DNA of 64,000 bases. Origin: Octopus vulgaris (lineage: Eukaryota). The translations under genes were made by a program, and so were the position numbers. The stretch is from contig OX597829.1 of the NCBI GenBank assembly GCA_951406725.2, positions 40,238,001-40,302,000 on the forward strand, given 5' to 3'. The notes under the pieces were generated by a model that did not search any database, had not been told where the DNA came from, and worked only from the letters and a program-made list of their open reading frames with translations. Below are positions 12,195 to 23,816 of this stretch, one piece after another (within the stretch, counting starts at the first letter, position 1; each line of letters opens with the position of its first letter).

Positions 12195-12845
12195 CTTTCT
12201 GTATTGATAATTATAATTTTTGTCCAGTAATATTTGGTAATGGCCCAATTCTGTCAGAGCAGTTTGACATATCTCTTTATTATTATTATTGAGTGAGAGA
12301 GCAGTGCATGTCACCAAAGTAACACTGGGGTACAAAAATATGATGCCCAGTATACCCATCATGACTACCCATCTGATAAGGGTTCGCCACACTATTGACA
12401 TTTTGAAATATACAAACAGTTTGTTATTATTATCTAAAATTTTAGATTTGAAAAATTATTATTATTATTATTATTTTCAAATTCTTGCCGGGGTCGATTC
12501 TACCTGTCATCCTTTTGGGGTCAATAAAACATATCAGCTGAAGATTTGGTTGGTTGGTTGGTTGGTGTAATCAGCTTACCCACCACCCACCTCAAATTGC
12601 TGTCTTTAATGCCAAAATTTGAAACAGTCCTCTGTTAAGGTGGTGTGCTGGCAGAATCATTAGCAAGCTGGACAAAATGCTTAGCATTGTTCATTTTTAT
12701 GTTCTGAGCACAAATTCCACTGAAGTCAACTTTGCCTTTCATCTTCCTGGGGTTGTTAAAATAAGTACCAGTTAAACACTGGGGTCAATGTAAGCGATTT
12801 TTCCACCCCTCAGAAATGCTGGCTTTGTGCCAAAATAAAAAAAAG

Positions 12846-12877
<32 letters not shown>

Positions 12878-12907
12878 CGTTATTATTATTATTATTATTA
12901 TTATTAT

Positions 12908-13440
12908 TGAGTGAGAGAGCAGTGCATGCCATCAAAGTGACACCGGGGTACAAATATATGAAGCCCAATATACCCATCATGACTAACTGTCTGATAAGGG
13001 TACACCAAGTACAGGCACCATAACCATATGTGCAGGACATGATGACCTTATATCAAGATAAACAGCACATGACCTTGCAGGTGGGGGCCCAATTAGAATT
13101 TTCTTCAGTTTGAGTAGCCCATCCTGCTCAAAAGGTATCAGAATAAGGATTGTTTAAGGATGATGAACAGAACACCCATGTTTCCTAGTGTTAATTATTC
13201 AAACCCCCCAAAACTTCCTCTCAACACATGGCTATGATGCTCCCCCAATACTCCTGCTCGTGATTAGAGATGCACATATTGCCAGCCACTAAGGGACATG
13301 CTCAACTAGTTAAGGTCAAGCAAATCTGTGGTATTGAACAAATTATTTATTGCAGCCCATCTTTTATACCAAGACAAAACATGTACATGATAACACTTCC
13401 AATCAGTTCAGATCAGAAGCCACGAGTGCTACTACCTGGT
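12908..13440 (-). mobile_element. About 530-bp retroposon inserted in (TAA)n, probably mobilised by an R4/Dong-type LINE
   Basis: Homologous copies at 42250-42780 and a short one at 12289-12395. All share the same end (ttgagtgagagagcagtgcatg) fused to (TAT)n and differ in length at the other end, as expected from 5' truncation. The family assignment is inference. Confidence 0.65.
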
Positions 13441-13632
13441 ATTATTATCATCATCATCATCATTAATATTGTTATTGGCAAAAAGTCAGAAATTTTATAG
13501 GCGAGACGTACACAGTTGATTTAATTGATCTTACTTACATTACTAGAATTTAATCTATTAACACCAGAAAGATGAAAGCCAAAGTGAAAGCCTGTGAGAT
13601 TTGAACTTAGAATCTAAAGGGATATGATGCAC

Positions 13633-13682
<50 letters not shown>

Positions 13683-14004
13683 GTTTTAGATTAATGTCTG
13701 AGATATTAGTCAGTACAACTTATAACCTTTATATTTCTATAGCTCATCTTTAGTTGTTTTATGTTATATATATATATATAATATTTATATATTTATGCTT
13801 CTATATATATATACACACACACACACATATATATATACTGTCTATATATTTATGTTTATATATATATATACTCCAAATCACCCCCATTTGATTTATATGG
13901 ATAATACCATACAAAATTCTGGTGCCTTTAACTTAAGCACCATTCATCTGAATCTAAATTTTGCTGAACTTTATATATATATATATATATATACACAACA
14001 CACA

Positions 14005-14366
14005 CACATATGAAAGAAAAAAAGGTGTTCAGAATGCTGGATGGTTGTAAAAATATATATGTATTTACATATCACATATTATTGGTAAATGAAGTGGGGA
14101 GAGAGAGAGAGAGTGTGTGTATGTGTGTGTATAATGGAGAATAGAGGGATAGAGAAGGTGAAAGAGAGAGAATATGGGTGTGTGTGTTTTAAAATATAAA
14201 TACAGGCAAAACTCATTTCTGACGAAACTACAGGAGTAGTTGAAAACGCTAATATGAAGAAATAATGTGATATGTAAATAAATATATATTTTTACAACCA
14301 TCCTGCATTCTGAACACCTTTTATCTTTCATATGTATTAAATCTGTACATCACCCCTAATACTTCT

Positions 14367-14370
<4 letters not shown>
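14005..14370 (+). mobile_element. Non-coding Penelope-like insert: inverted tail copy, hammerhead, tail
   Basis: 14008-14082 is the reverse complement of 14261-14335 (aaaggtgttcagaatgc.ggatggttgtaaaaatatat). Hammerhead lies between the arms. Flanked by TA/CA repeats. Confidence 0.6.
14213..14257 (+). ncRNA. Minimal type I hammerhead ribozyme (slightly decayed)
   Basis: UCAUUU-CUGACGA-AACUAC(AGGA)GUAGUU-GAAA-ACGC-UA-AUAUGA. Perfect 6-bp helix II, helix I 5/6 bp, helix III reduced to the core A-U pair. Predicted cleavage after 14251. Confidence 0.65.
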
Positions 14371-14399
<29 letters not shown>

Positions 14400-14407
<8 letters not shown>

Positions 14408-14715
14408 TTAGAGACAAAACCACTATTATGCAAATCAAACAAAGAAACTTCATAGTTTAAAACTTGCAAAGAAGGTCTTGAAACCACCTGATGAATGTCC
14501 ATAGAAGTGACAAGAAACGATCGTAGTGGATATCTTAATTATATTTAATTTATATAAAATTTTTTATGTATTGGATTAAGTCTTTCTTTGTTTGATTTGC
14601 ATAATAGTGGTTTTGTCTCTAATTAATATTATATTATATTTTACTATAAAATTGGATTCGATCCTAAATCTGATTTTTCCCTGTAAATTTGGATTTATTC
14701 CCTAATATTTATTAT

Positions 14716-14720
<5 letters not shown>
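14400..14720 (+). mobile_element. Non-coding Penelope-like insert in (TA)n: inverted tail copy, hammerhead, tail
   Basis: 14400-14447 (aatattaattagagacaaaaccactattatgcaaatcaaacaaagaaa) is the reverse complement of ~14583-14630. Hammerhead lies between the arms; (TA)n on both sides. Confidence 0.65.
14484..14529 (+). ncRNA. Minimal type I hammerhead ribozyme
   Basis: CCAC-CUGAUGA-A-UGUC(CAUAGAAGU)GACA-A-GAAAC-GAUC-GUA-GUGG. Helix I CCAC/GUGG, helix II 4 bp, self-complementary ACGAUCGU helix III. Predicted cleavage after 14525. Confidence 0.8.
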
Positions 14721-14754
<34 letters not shown>

Positions 14755-15109
14755 TTATATTTACATACTAGACTACTTGTGACACGTTGGGTCACCTGGA
14801 AAATCTGAGTTTCCCAGCAACAGAGTTTTCTTTTGAAGGTTTTTTTTTTTATTTCCAGTTTGCATGCTTTCAACGAATGTGACATCGAAATCATGTGTAA
14901 ATGGCTCCTTTCCCCAGAAAAGGAAAGATTTGGCTGCTATTTCTTGCATTGCCCTGCTACCATGTAACAGGTATTTTGGGTTTTTTATTGCAAATAGCTG
15001 TTATGTGGTAGCAGGGAATGCTAGAATTAGCAGCCAAATCCTTGGAGCTGAGATACGTTGAATGCACTTGAAAAAATTTTTGTAATGGTTTTCCCTTGGG
15101 GCGATCTTA

Positions 15110-15250
15110 CACTTTGACTCTCAGCACTGTCATCTGGATCAGCTGGTTCTGTTCGTTAATTTCTGTAAAAAATTTTTATTTATTCACTTTTGTTTCCAAG
15201 TGAAGAGAGGAGGAAGTGAAAGATGTATGAACATGTATATGAAATGGATA

Positions 15251-15288
<38 letters not shown>

Positions 15289-15629
15289 TGCCACTTACAC
15301 ATATATGAGAACACACAAGTTCACTTACTCTCTCTCTCTCACACACACACACATGCACACGTACTAGCAAAAACCACGGATATAGTTTGATGTATATACA
15401 TATACATGACAACATACCTTCACTCTCTCTCCTTTTCTCTCTCTCTCGCTCTCTTCCTCTCTCTTTCTCTTTTTCTCACTCTCTCTTCCTCTCTCTCTCT
15501 ACCTTTCACACACACATGTGCATACATCTTTCATTTTCCTTTTTCTTTCACTTTAAAACAAAAGTAAATAACTAAAAGTTTTTTATGGAAATTAACAAAC
15601 TCCAGATGACAGTTCTGAGAGTCAAAGTG
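15110..15629. repeat. Long imperfect inverted repeat (MITE/foldback-like)
   Basis: cactttgactctcagcactgtcatctgga (15110-15138) matches the reverse complement of 15601-15629 at 28/29. Looser pairing continues inward, including (GA)n versus (CT)n. Confidence 0.75.
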
Positions 15630-16141
15630 AAATATTGCAATTCACTAGAAAATAATCTAAAAAAAAACATTAAAATGTCTGTTTAAAGAAAGCTAAGGTA
15701 TAAATGCTTACTGTACAAACAACTTACATTTTTGAAATCACATTCAGTTAAAAATATTGTGTCTGTCAATAAGTTGACGTTTTTTTTTTCTCTTAGAGAG
15801 TGTGAAGACTGTGTGTGTGTATATGTCACAGATAGTGGCCGTGTGTTTGTGTTGATTGATACACCATGACATTTATTATATGTGTATGTATTCTGTATGT
15901 GTCGATGTCATGGAAGCAATAACAAACAAAAATTGTGTTTAATCGCTTTTGTTAATAAATAGAGGTCCAAATATCACAGATATTTGTACTGCACTGCTGA
16001 AGGTAAGTATGAAAATAAATATGCAAAAAAAGAAATGAAATAAATATCTATTTCTCAGATATTTCGGGTATACACAAACACCTCTAGAATTTTAATATTA
16101 TGAAGATTTTATATATATATATATATATGTTTACATTTATA

Positions 16142-16830
16142 CTAGCTTATAAGCTGCCCTATTGGGTGGCTTTTAAGCTGGTTTCTGTGGAGGGCTCTTC
16201 ATTGGGCCTTGAGTCCAATAATGACACTTCATGCATTAGGTACATGTTAAATTTTATTAAACTTGACCTATATTTTTCAAGCAATGAACAATTTTCATCA
16301 AAACAATGATATAATATGTGAACTTGGAACTTACTGCAAAGCTTCATGATAAACAACATTTTTCGTTTTCCCATTCGGGGGTCAGTGCAATTTTTTTTTT
16401 CTGTCTAACCTCTTTGTTTCTGTTGATTGTTTTCAACGATCACCACTATCGCCACCACAACTGCCATACACACACGCCGTTCAGACTTCTGACGCCACCA
16501 CTATCAACACTTTTGACTTCGCTGCCTTCCCCTCCATCACCATCACCATTGTCTTTCATGTCCCTTTCTATCGCCGTCATGCTTGACCGCCTCACTACTG
16601 CCACCGCCATCATCACCGTCGCTTCTGCCTCTATCACAACTATAGCTCATACTATTACTATCACTCCATTACCATCTCAACTGTCAGCCTACTACCACCC
16701 TCACCGCCTTATGCCTACCATTACCCTCACCCTAGAAAGAGGAGTAGAAGAAATGTCATTGAATAGCAAGAGCGGGAGTCAAAGTGTGACACACTGACAC
16801 ACAGAAATTCATTTTGGCATTTACTATTAT
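16142..16830 (-). mobile_element. Non-autonomous Helitron-like element (degenerate)
   Basis: Minus-strand 3' end gccacccaatagggcagc-ttataag-CTAG|T (weak hairpin plus CTAG). 5' end is TA-rich followed by aaatg..tctgtgtgtc, like the other Helitrons here. Confidence 0.45.
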
Positions 16831-16841
16831 ATATATATATA

Positions 16842-16873
<32 letters not shown>

Positions 16874-18595
16874 CACACACATTACTTACCAAGTTTTGAT
16901 ACCTTTTTTATACATATTTGAGAGTTAAATCTTATGGATTTGTCAGAAAATGAATGACAATCTTTATGAGCCCTTTTGTCTTTCGAGACTACTGAGAAGA
17001 AAGAAGAGATAAAGTTATTCTTTCTGTTGGCGCCTTGCCTGAATGCGTTCAATAGAGTGTATTCTTTTTATAGAATATGGTTGACCAAAGTTTTGTAGGT
17101 GAATCTGACAGTTGGAAACTGAAAGAAGCCCATTGTGTGGTGTGTGTGTGTGTGTCTGTTTTTCATAGTGTTGACATCATGCATTAATTGTGAGCATGCT
17201 TTACTGTTAGTGACTTTTGTTCACAATCTTCTGTGAAAACCTGTCTGTACTACAGATAAAAACACTACTTTGCTTGGAAATGGTTGACAGTGACAGTAAC
17301 AAATATCATCATCATCATCGTTTAACGTCCACTTTCCATGCTAGCATGGGTTGGACAGTTTGACTGGGGTCTGGGAAGCCAGGAGGCTGCACCAGGCCCA
17401 GTCTGATCTGGCAGTGTTTCTACAGCTGGATGCTCTTCCTAATGCCAACCACTTCGTGAGTGTAGTGGGTGCTTTTTACGTGCCACCGGAGGCTGGCAAA
17501 GGCCACGATCGGTTGGTGCTTTTTACATGCCACCGGTGCTGAGGCGGCGCTGGCAACAGCCACGTTCAGATGGTTCTTTTACATGCCACCGGCACTGGTA
17601 TTACAACTACAATTTCCATTGATTTTTGATTGATATTGCCCACGAGGGTGCTAAACATATTGGGGACAAACAAGGACAGGCAAGGGGATTAAGTCGATTA
17701 CATCAAACTCCCCAGTGCATAACTGGTACTTATTTAATCGACCCCGAAAGGATGAAAGGCAAAGTCGACCTCAGTCAAATGACTGAAACAAGTAGATGAG
17801 AGAATGAGATATATATGTGTGTGTTCATGTGTCTCTGTTTGTTCCCCCCTCCCCCACGTCATCACTTGACAACCGATGCTGGTGTGTTTACGTCCCCGTA
17901 ACTTAGTGGTTCGGCAAAATAGAACAATAGAATAAGTACTAGGCTTACAAAGAATAAGTCCTGGGGTCATTTTGCTCGACTAAAAGGCGGTGCTCCAGCA
18001 TGGTCGCAGTCAAAATGACTGAAACGAGTAAAAGAGTAAAAGAGACGACAAAGCAAGACTCTCTCGGCCCGTTAGATACAGAGGCGGTTAGTTTCCTTGT
18101 AGAGTTTAGTTAAAGGATAAGTAACATTAACAGCAGTGATAGGAATACAGCATAAGTGTGTATATTTATTTGCTTGTAAATATATATATATATATATACA
18201 TACAGTGAGTCTGTTGACAGTATATCAACTGCTGGGTGTTAAAATTCCCTGTCCGTGTCCTGAATGAGTTTACAGATTTTGTTGTTTAAACAGGATATAG
18301 ATATTAATCTCCTGCAGAACATTCTTGGTTGGTGCCAAGACATTTTGCTTATGACATTGCAGACCTGGTTTGTCCAGTTGTCGGTGGTGGGGATGGTAAT
18401 ATTGGCTCACATTAAGGACTTGATATGGCGCACCACTGTATTCGTTATGATAAACAAGTTTCTCTGATTCTATTGTAGCAGTTACCTTGTGACTTAAATT
18501 TGATTATGTGCACATGCACGTATGCAAAAGCACTTACATTCATCAACAGCTTGCATATGCTAAAATGCATTTTATTTATATCTATGTATCTCTCT

Positions 18596-18630
<35 letters not shown>

Positions 18631-18746
18631 ATGTCATATTAAGAAAAGTGGGTCATGCAACAGTATAACAGATGCTAGACCCAAACCAACAAGGGAGTTT
18701 CACTCTTGTCTTGTGACCTGCTAGATGTAGCAGCCATATTTCTTCC

Positions 18747-18791
<45 letters not shown>

Positions 18792-19461
18792 GCACATATA
18801 CATTGGGTGGTGTGTGTGTGTGTGTGGTTGAGTGATTAGTGCTCTGGACTGTGATCATGAGACACAGGGTTCGATTTTCCTACACCAAGCAGTGTGTTGT
18901 TTAGTCTTTGAAAGCAAAGCACTTAATTTTGTGTTGTTTCAGTCTACTCTGGTGTACTACACTATTACCTATTTCTTTACTACCCACAAGTGGCTAAACA
19001 CAGAAGGGACAAACAAGGACAGACAAACGGATTAAGTCGATTATGTTGACCCCAGTGATTAACTGGTACTTATTTAATTGACTCCGAAAGGATGAAAGGT
19101 AAAGTCGACTTCGGAGGAATTTGAACTCAGAACGTAGTGGTAGACGAAATACTGCTAAGCATTTCGCCTGGCATGCTAACAATTCTGCCAGCTCGCCGCC
19201 TTAACACTATTACCAGTCGAGAACCAGTGAAGCCTTCTGTCATTTCAATTGTCACATCCTGGATATTCTACTGATCCCCGAGGAGAAGCACCAAGGGAGG
19301 TTGTCTTGTGTTTGCATGTGACTGCACAGGTACCAGAAACAATTAGCAAAAAAACATGATACATGTTACCAAGTCATCATACTTCATTGTGAGTGGCATA
19401 TCTATACACACACACATATATATATATAGGCACAGGTGTGTCTGTGTGGTAAGAAGTTTGC

Positions 19462-19951
19462 TTCCTAACTATGGTTCTGGACTCAGCCCCACTGTGTGAC
19501 ACCTTTGGCTAGTGTCTTCCACTACAATTCCAAGCCAACCGAAGCCTTGTCATTTGGATTTGGTCGGCTGAACTTGAAAGAAGTCCAAAATGGAAACGAG
19601 TACCAAAGTTCTCATGTGGCAGGCTTAATAATTGTTGAGAGATTCCACTTTCCTAACTATGGTTCTGGACTCAGTCCCACGGTGTGGCACCTTTGGCTAG
19701 TGTCTTCCACTACAATTCCAAGCCAACCGAAGCCTTGTCATTTGGATTTGGTCGACTGAACTTGAAAGAAGTCCAAAATGGAAACGAGTACCAAAGTTCT
19801 CATGTGGCAGGCTTAATAATTGTTGAGAGATTCCACTTTCCTAACTATGGTTCTGAACTCAGTCCCACGGTGTGGCACCTTTGGCTAGTGTCTTCCACTA
19901 CAATTCCAAGCCAACCGAAGCCTTGTCATTTGGATTTGGTCGACTGAACTC
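19462..19951. repeat. 188-bp tandem repeat (about 2.6 copies) built from a SINE A 5' part plus flank
   Basis: Units start at 19462, 19650 and 19838 and are near-identical. Confidence 0.92.
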
Positions 19952-19971
19952 CTTCCAACTGTTTCCATTAA

Positions 19972-20398
19972 CCGTTCAGCACTTAGATTCCTCTGTCAAA
20001 TGTAAATGCTTATTTATTTACATTGTGTTCAATTAATCATGCATTATTTCATAGTGGTGCAACTGTTTATATTTAGAATGACACTGTAGGGGAGGTGTGA
20101 TAGGCTGGATCTGGCTGGTTTAATCATACAGTAAGGTAGAACATTTGGGCTGGATATCAATGGTTTAACCCTTTTGTTACCGTATTTATTTTGAGATGCT
20201 CTGTGTTTCTTTCAATTATTTTTAAATATAACAAAGAATTTAGTAAAATAACTTAGTTACCATTAAGCTAGTGTTAGGAACATAAATTGTGACTAAGGTT
20301 TGGTGGAAAATTTTGATTTAAAACTTATGAAAACAAGACATTTGTACTCAGAGCCAATTTCAGCCAGGTTGGTAATGAAAGGGTTAAATGTCAAAGGG
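19972..20398. mobile_element. piggyBac-like MITE with a second piggyBac-like MITE nested at 20169-20383
   Basis: Both are bounded by TTAA|CC(C/G)TT...AAGGG|TTAA. The outer family recurs in opposite orientation at ~62052-62544 and ~63332-63576. Confidence 0.75.
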
Positions 20399-20935
20399 TT
20401 AAAAATGGATTTATTTCGAAATGTGATTTGCATTCAATCACTTACCCCAAAACAATCTGATGCTAATCTATGGGGAGTAACTTTTCCTTTGACGATCTAA
20501 CTCCTATTGATGATGATAGTAAACAGAAAATAGAAGTGCTTCAAACTGCAGACTTTGCATTTTAAGATTTGTCCAGAGTAGTTTATAAGGCAAAGAATCT
20601 TGTATGTCCTGCCCTACATTATCAGAAAAGCATACTTACACAGACATAGTTAATTCCTGATTGTCCACATGAGATGAGCTGAGAATATGTTGTTTGGATA
20701 ACTGATCTGATTGTAACTTAAAAGAAGGCAAAACGAATTTAATAATGGAACTGTGAGAACTTGTCCTGATAGTTCAAAATTTGAATAAGTGATGTGTTGA
20801 TTACTGAAGTTTTACTATATTCTTCTGTGTTCTTTTATTCAAATACTTGCACTATGACCCGGTGTTGCCAGGTCATAGTGCTAGTGTTGATTACTGAAGT
20901 TTTACTATATTCTTCTGTGTTCTTTTATTCAAATA

Positions 20936-21290
20936 CTTGCACTATGACCCGGTGTTGCCAGGTCATAGTGCTAGTGTATGCATATGCAGCTGCGTGCGTG
21001 CGCACATAATGCGAGTACTGTCCAAATCTCCGACCAATCACATACAGCTAGCTGGCATTCAATTGGTGTATCAAGTTTTGGGCATTTTGATTGGGTTTTG
21101 AATAGAAAATTCACAAAAATGTCACTTCTATTGACGTTTTAATGGCTGGGGAAATGTAAAGAGTGCACAACCACCCTTGGATGGTTTTGAATAACCATAG
21201 AAAGTATGAGACCTCTAACTGAAAATTTGTGGATTTATATAAAGGATACACACACACACACAGACATTTTGCTGTTTATATATATAGAGA
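20936..21290 (-). mobile_element. Non-autonomous Helitron
   Basis: Minus strand starts A|TCTCTATATATATAAACAGCAAAATGTCTGTGTG (as in the 52027 copy) and ends with hairpin gcactatgacc..ggtcatagtgc and CAAG|T (CTAG variant). Confidence 0.7.
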
Positions 21291-22344
21291 TTCTTCTAGC
21301 CATTGCTAATCATCTCTTTTTAACCAAATTCAGTGGCTATACATATACACACAAGAATACATACATACTGTCTGGCTAAAGGTTAGGGTATTCAACTCCT
21401 TATGTGTTCATAATATTGGTGGTCATGATACTGTGGGGTCAGTTCTTGAACCATTAAGGAAAAAACAGTCTAATTGTTTGTAGACAACTGGACAGCCGTG
21501 GACACATCTTTTTCTTGAATGGTGTGTCAGTTTTGGAGAAATTCTTGATATTGAATCACCTTATTTGGAATTAGTTGCTATCACCTCAAGGCATTTGTTT
21601 ACTCTTCTTTCGAAGAGAAGATAATTTAAAAACATCAGGAATTTTAGGAATGGCATCCAACCATAGAAACTATGTCAAAGCTGATATTAGAGCTCAAAGC
21701 AGTCCTGAGACTTGTATCCTCTCAAACCATTCAACCCATGCCAGCATGGAAAACAGACATTAACAGATAATGCTGATAGTGTTTGTGTGCATGCGTATGT
21801 GTCTGTGTGTGTGTGTATGTATAATTGTATGTATATATATGTATACACATACATACACATGAAAACATACATAACATAAACATACATACAAAGATAAGAA
21901 TCTAAGATGATAGTGACCTATTGACTTGCTTGAAGTAGCAGCTAAATCTTCAAATAACACCCTACTGTGTCTTTAAAAAAAGAGCACATTGTATAATACA
22001 GTTTTAGATACACTATCTGAAATCAAGACAGGATGGTCATATCAGGAACACCTTTGGTTAAAAGTCTTCTCTATCAGACAAGAACAAAATAGTTATTTGT
22101 CTTTCTCTTTTTGCAGATATTCCTCACTCAGTACCAATTCCATTAGAAAACATTTTGAAATGCTACTTTCCAGTTTTAATTGTTTGTTTTAAAAGTTCCT
22201 GTTTTCTTCCTCACATACCATATACGTATTTTCTAGAGAGGTGTGGTGGAATGTTACCAAAATTTCTTTCTTCCTGCATTTCCAAACTTCCTCAAGTCTT
22301 TCTCAGCTCATGAAAAGTTGGCAATGGTTCACCAACACATTAGT

Positions 22345-22364
22345 CCACACACACATATATATAT

Positions 22365-22453
<89 letters not shown>

Positions 22454-22478
22454 TGCATAGATAAATACATACATATAT

Positions 22479-22517
<39 letters not shown>

Positions 22518-22542
22518 TGCATAGATAAATACATACATATAT

Positions 22543-22601
<59 letters not shown>

Positions 22602-22626
22602 TGCATAGATAAATACATACATATAT

Positions 22627-22677
<51 letters not shown>

Positions 22678-22766
22678 TGCATAGATAAATACATACATAT
22701 ATACACATATACATACATATATATATACACACACACATATACATATACACACATACATATATACTC

Positions 22767-22816
<50 letters not shown>

Positions 22817-22870
22817 CACACACACATATATATACACACACACACACACACATATATACACACACACAAA
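22345..22870. repeat. Higher-order microsatellite-derived minisatellite
   Basis: Four units agacacacatgcatagataaatacatacatatatacac separated by (TA)n. Confidence 0.9.
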
Positions 22871-23382
22871 TGCATATATATTAATAAGAATTAAGAATAC
22901 TTTGTTTGTGAGAAGCATCTTATTACCTCCCTCTCTCCCTCTACGTGTATGTGTGTGTTTGTCTGCATTATCGTGTGTGTGTGTATATGCGGCAGGCATA
23001 ATTTTCATTCACATTCCATCATCACAAGACTCTTCCTCTTTATCTGTTTCTCTCTTTCTCCCGCTTCTTTCATTGTCTTTAGCTTAAAACAAGATATGCC
23101 GATGCCGATAATAATGGTTTCAAATTTTGACGCAAGGCCAACAATTTCAGGACAGGGGGCATCAGTCAGTTCGACCCCTCAAAGGATATGAAAGGCGGTG
23201 AGCTGGCAGAAACGTTAGCACGCCGGGTGAAATGCGTAGCCGTATTTCGTCTGTCGTTACGTTCTGAGTTTCAAATTCTGCCGAGGTTGACTTTGCCTTT
23301 CATCCTTTCGGGGTCGATAAATTAAGTACCAGTTACGCACTGGGGGTCGATGTAATCGACTTAATCCCTTTGTCTGTCCTTG

Positions 23383-23816
23383 TTTGCCCCCTCTGTGTTT
23401 AGCCCCTTTGTGGGTAGTAAAGAAATAGACATGAATGGCAAAGTTGACCTCGTTTGAATTTGTACTAAGCATTTCCCCCAGCATGGGATGAGGGGCACTA
23501 GTCGATGACATTAATTCCAGTGTTGCTCTGGTCCTTAATTTATTTGACCCCAGAAAGGATGAAAGTCGACAATGGCAGAATGTAAAGACAGATGATATAT
23601 TTGCCCCCTCTGTGTTTAGCCCCTTTGTGGGTAGTAAAGAAATAGACATGAATGGCAAAGTCGACCTCGTTTGAATTTGTACTAAGCATTTCCCCCAGCA
23701 TGGGATGAGGGGCACTAGTCGATGACATTAATTCCAGTGTTGCTCTGGTCCTTAATTTATTTGACCCCAGAAAGGATGAAAGTCGACAATGGCAGAATGT
23801 AAAGACAGATGATATA
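23383..23816. repeat. 217-bp tandem duplication spanning SINE B tail and adjacent SINE remnants
   Basis: Copies at 23383-23599 and 23600-23816 are near-identical. Confidence 0.92.

Noticed and set aside
21400-21625. Coding-like unique stretch (..TTGQPWTHLFLEWCVSFGEILDIESPYLE..)
   Set aside because: Interrupted by stops, weak splice sites, no recognisable homology.
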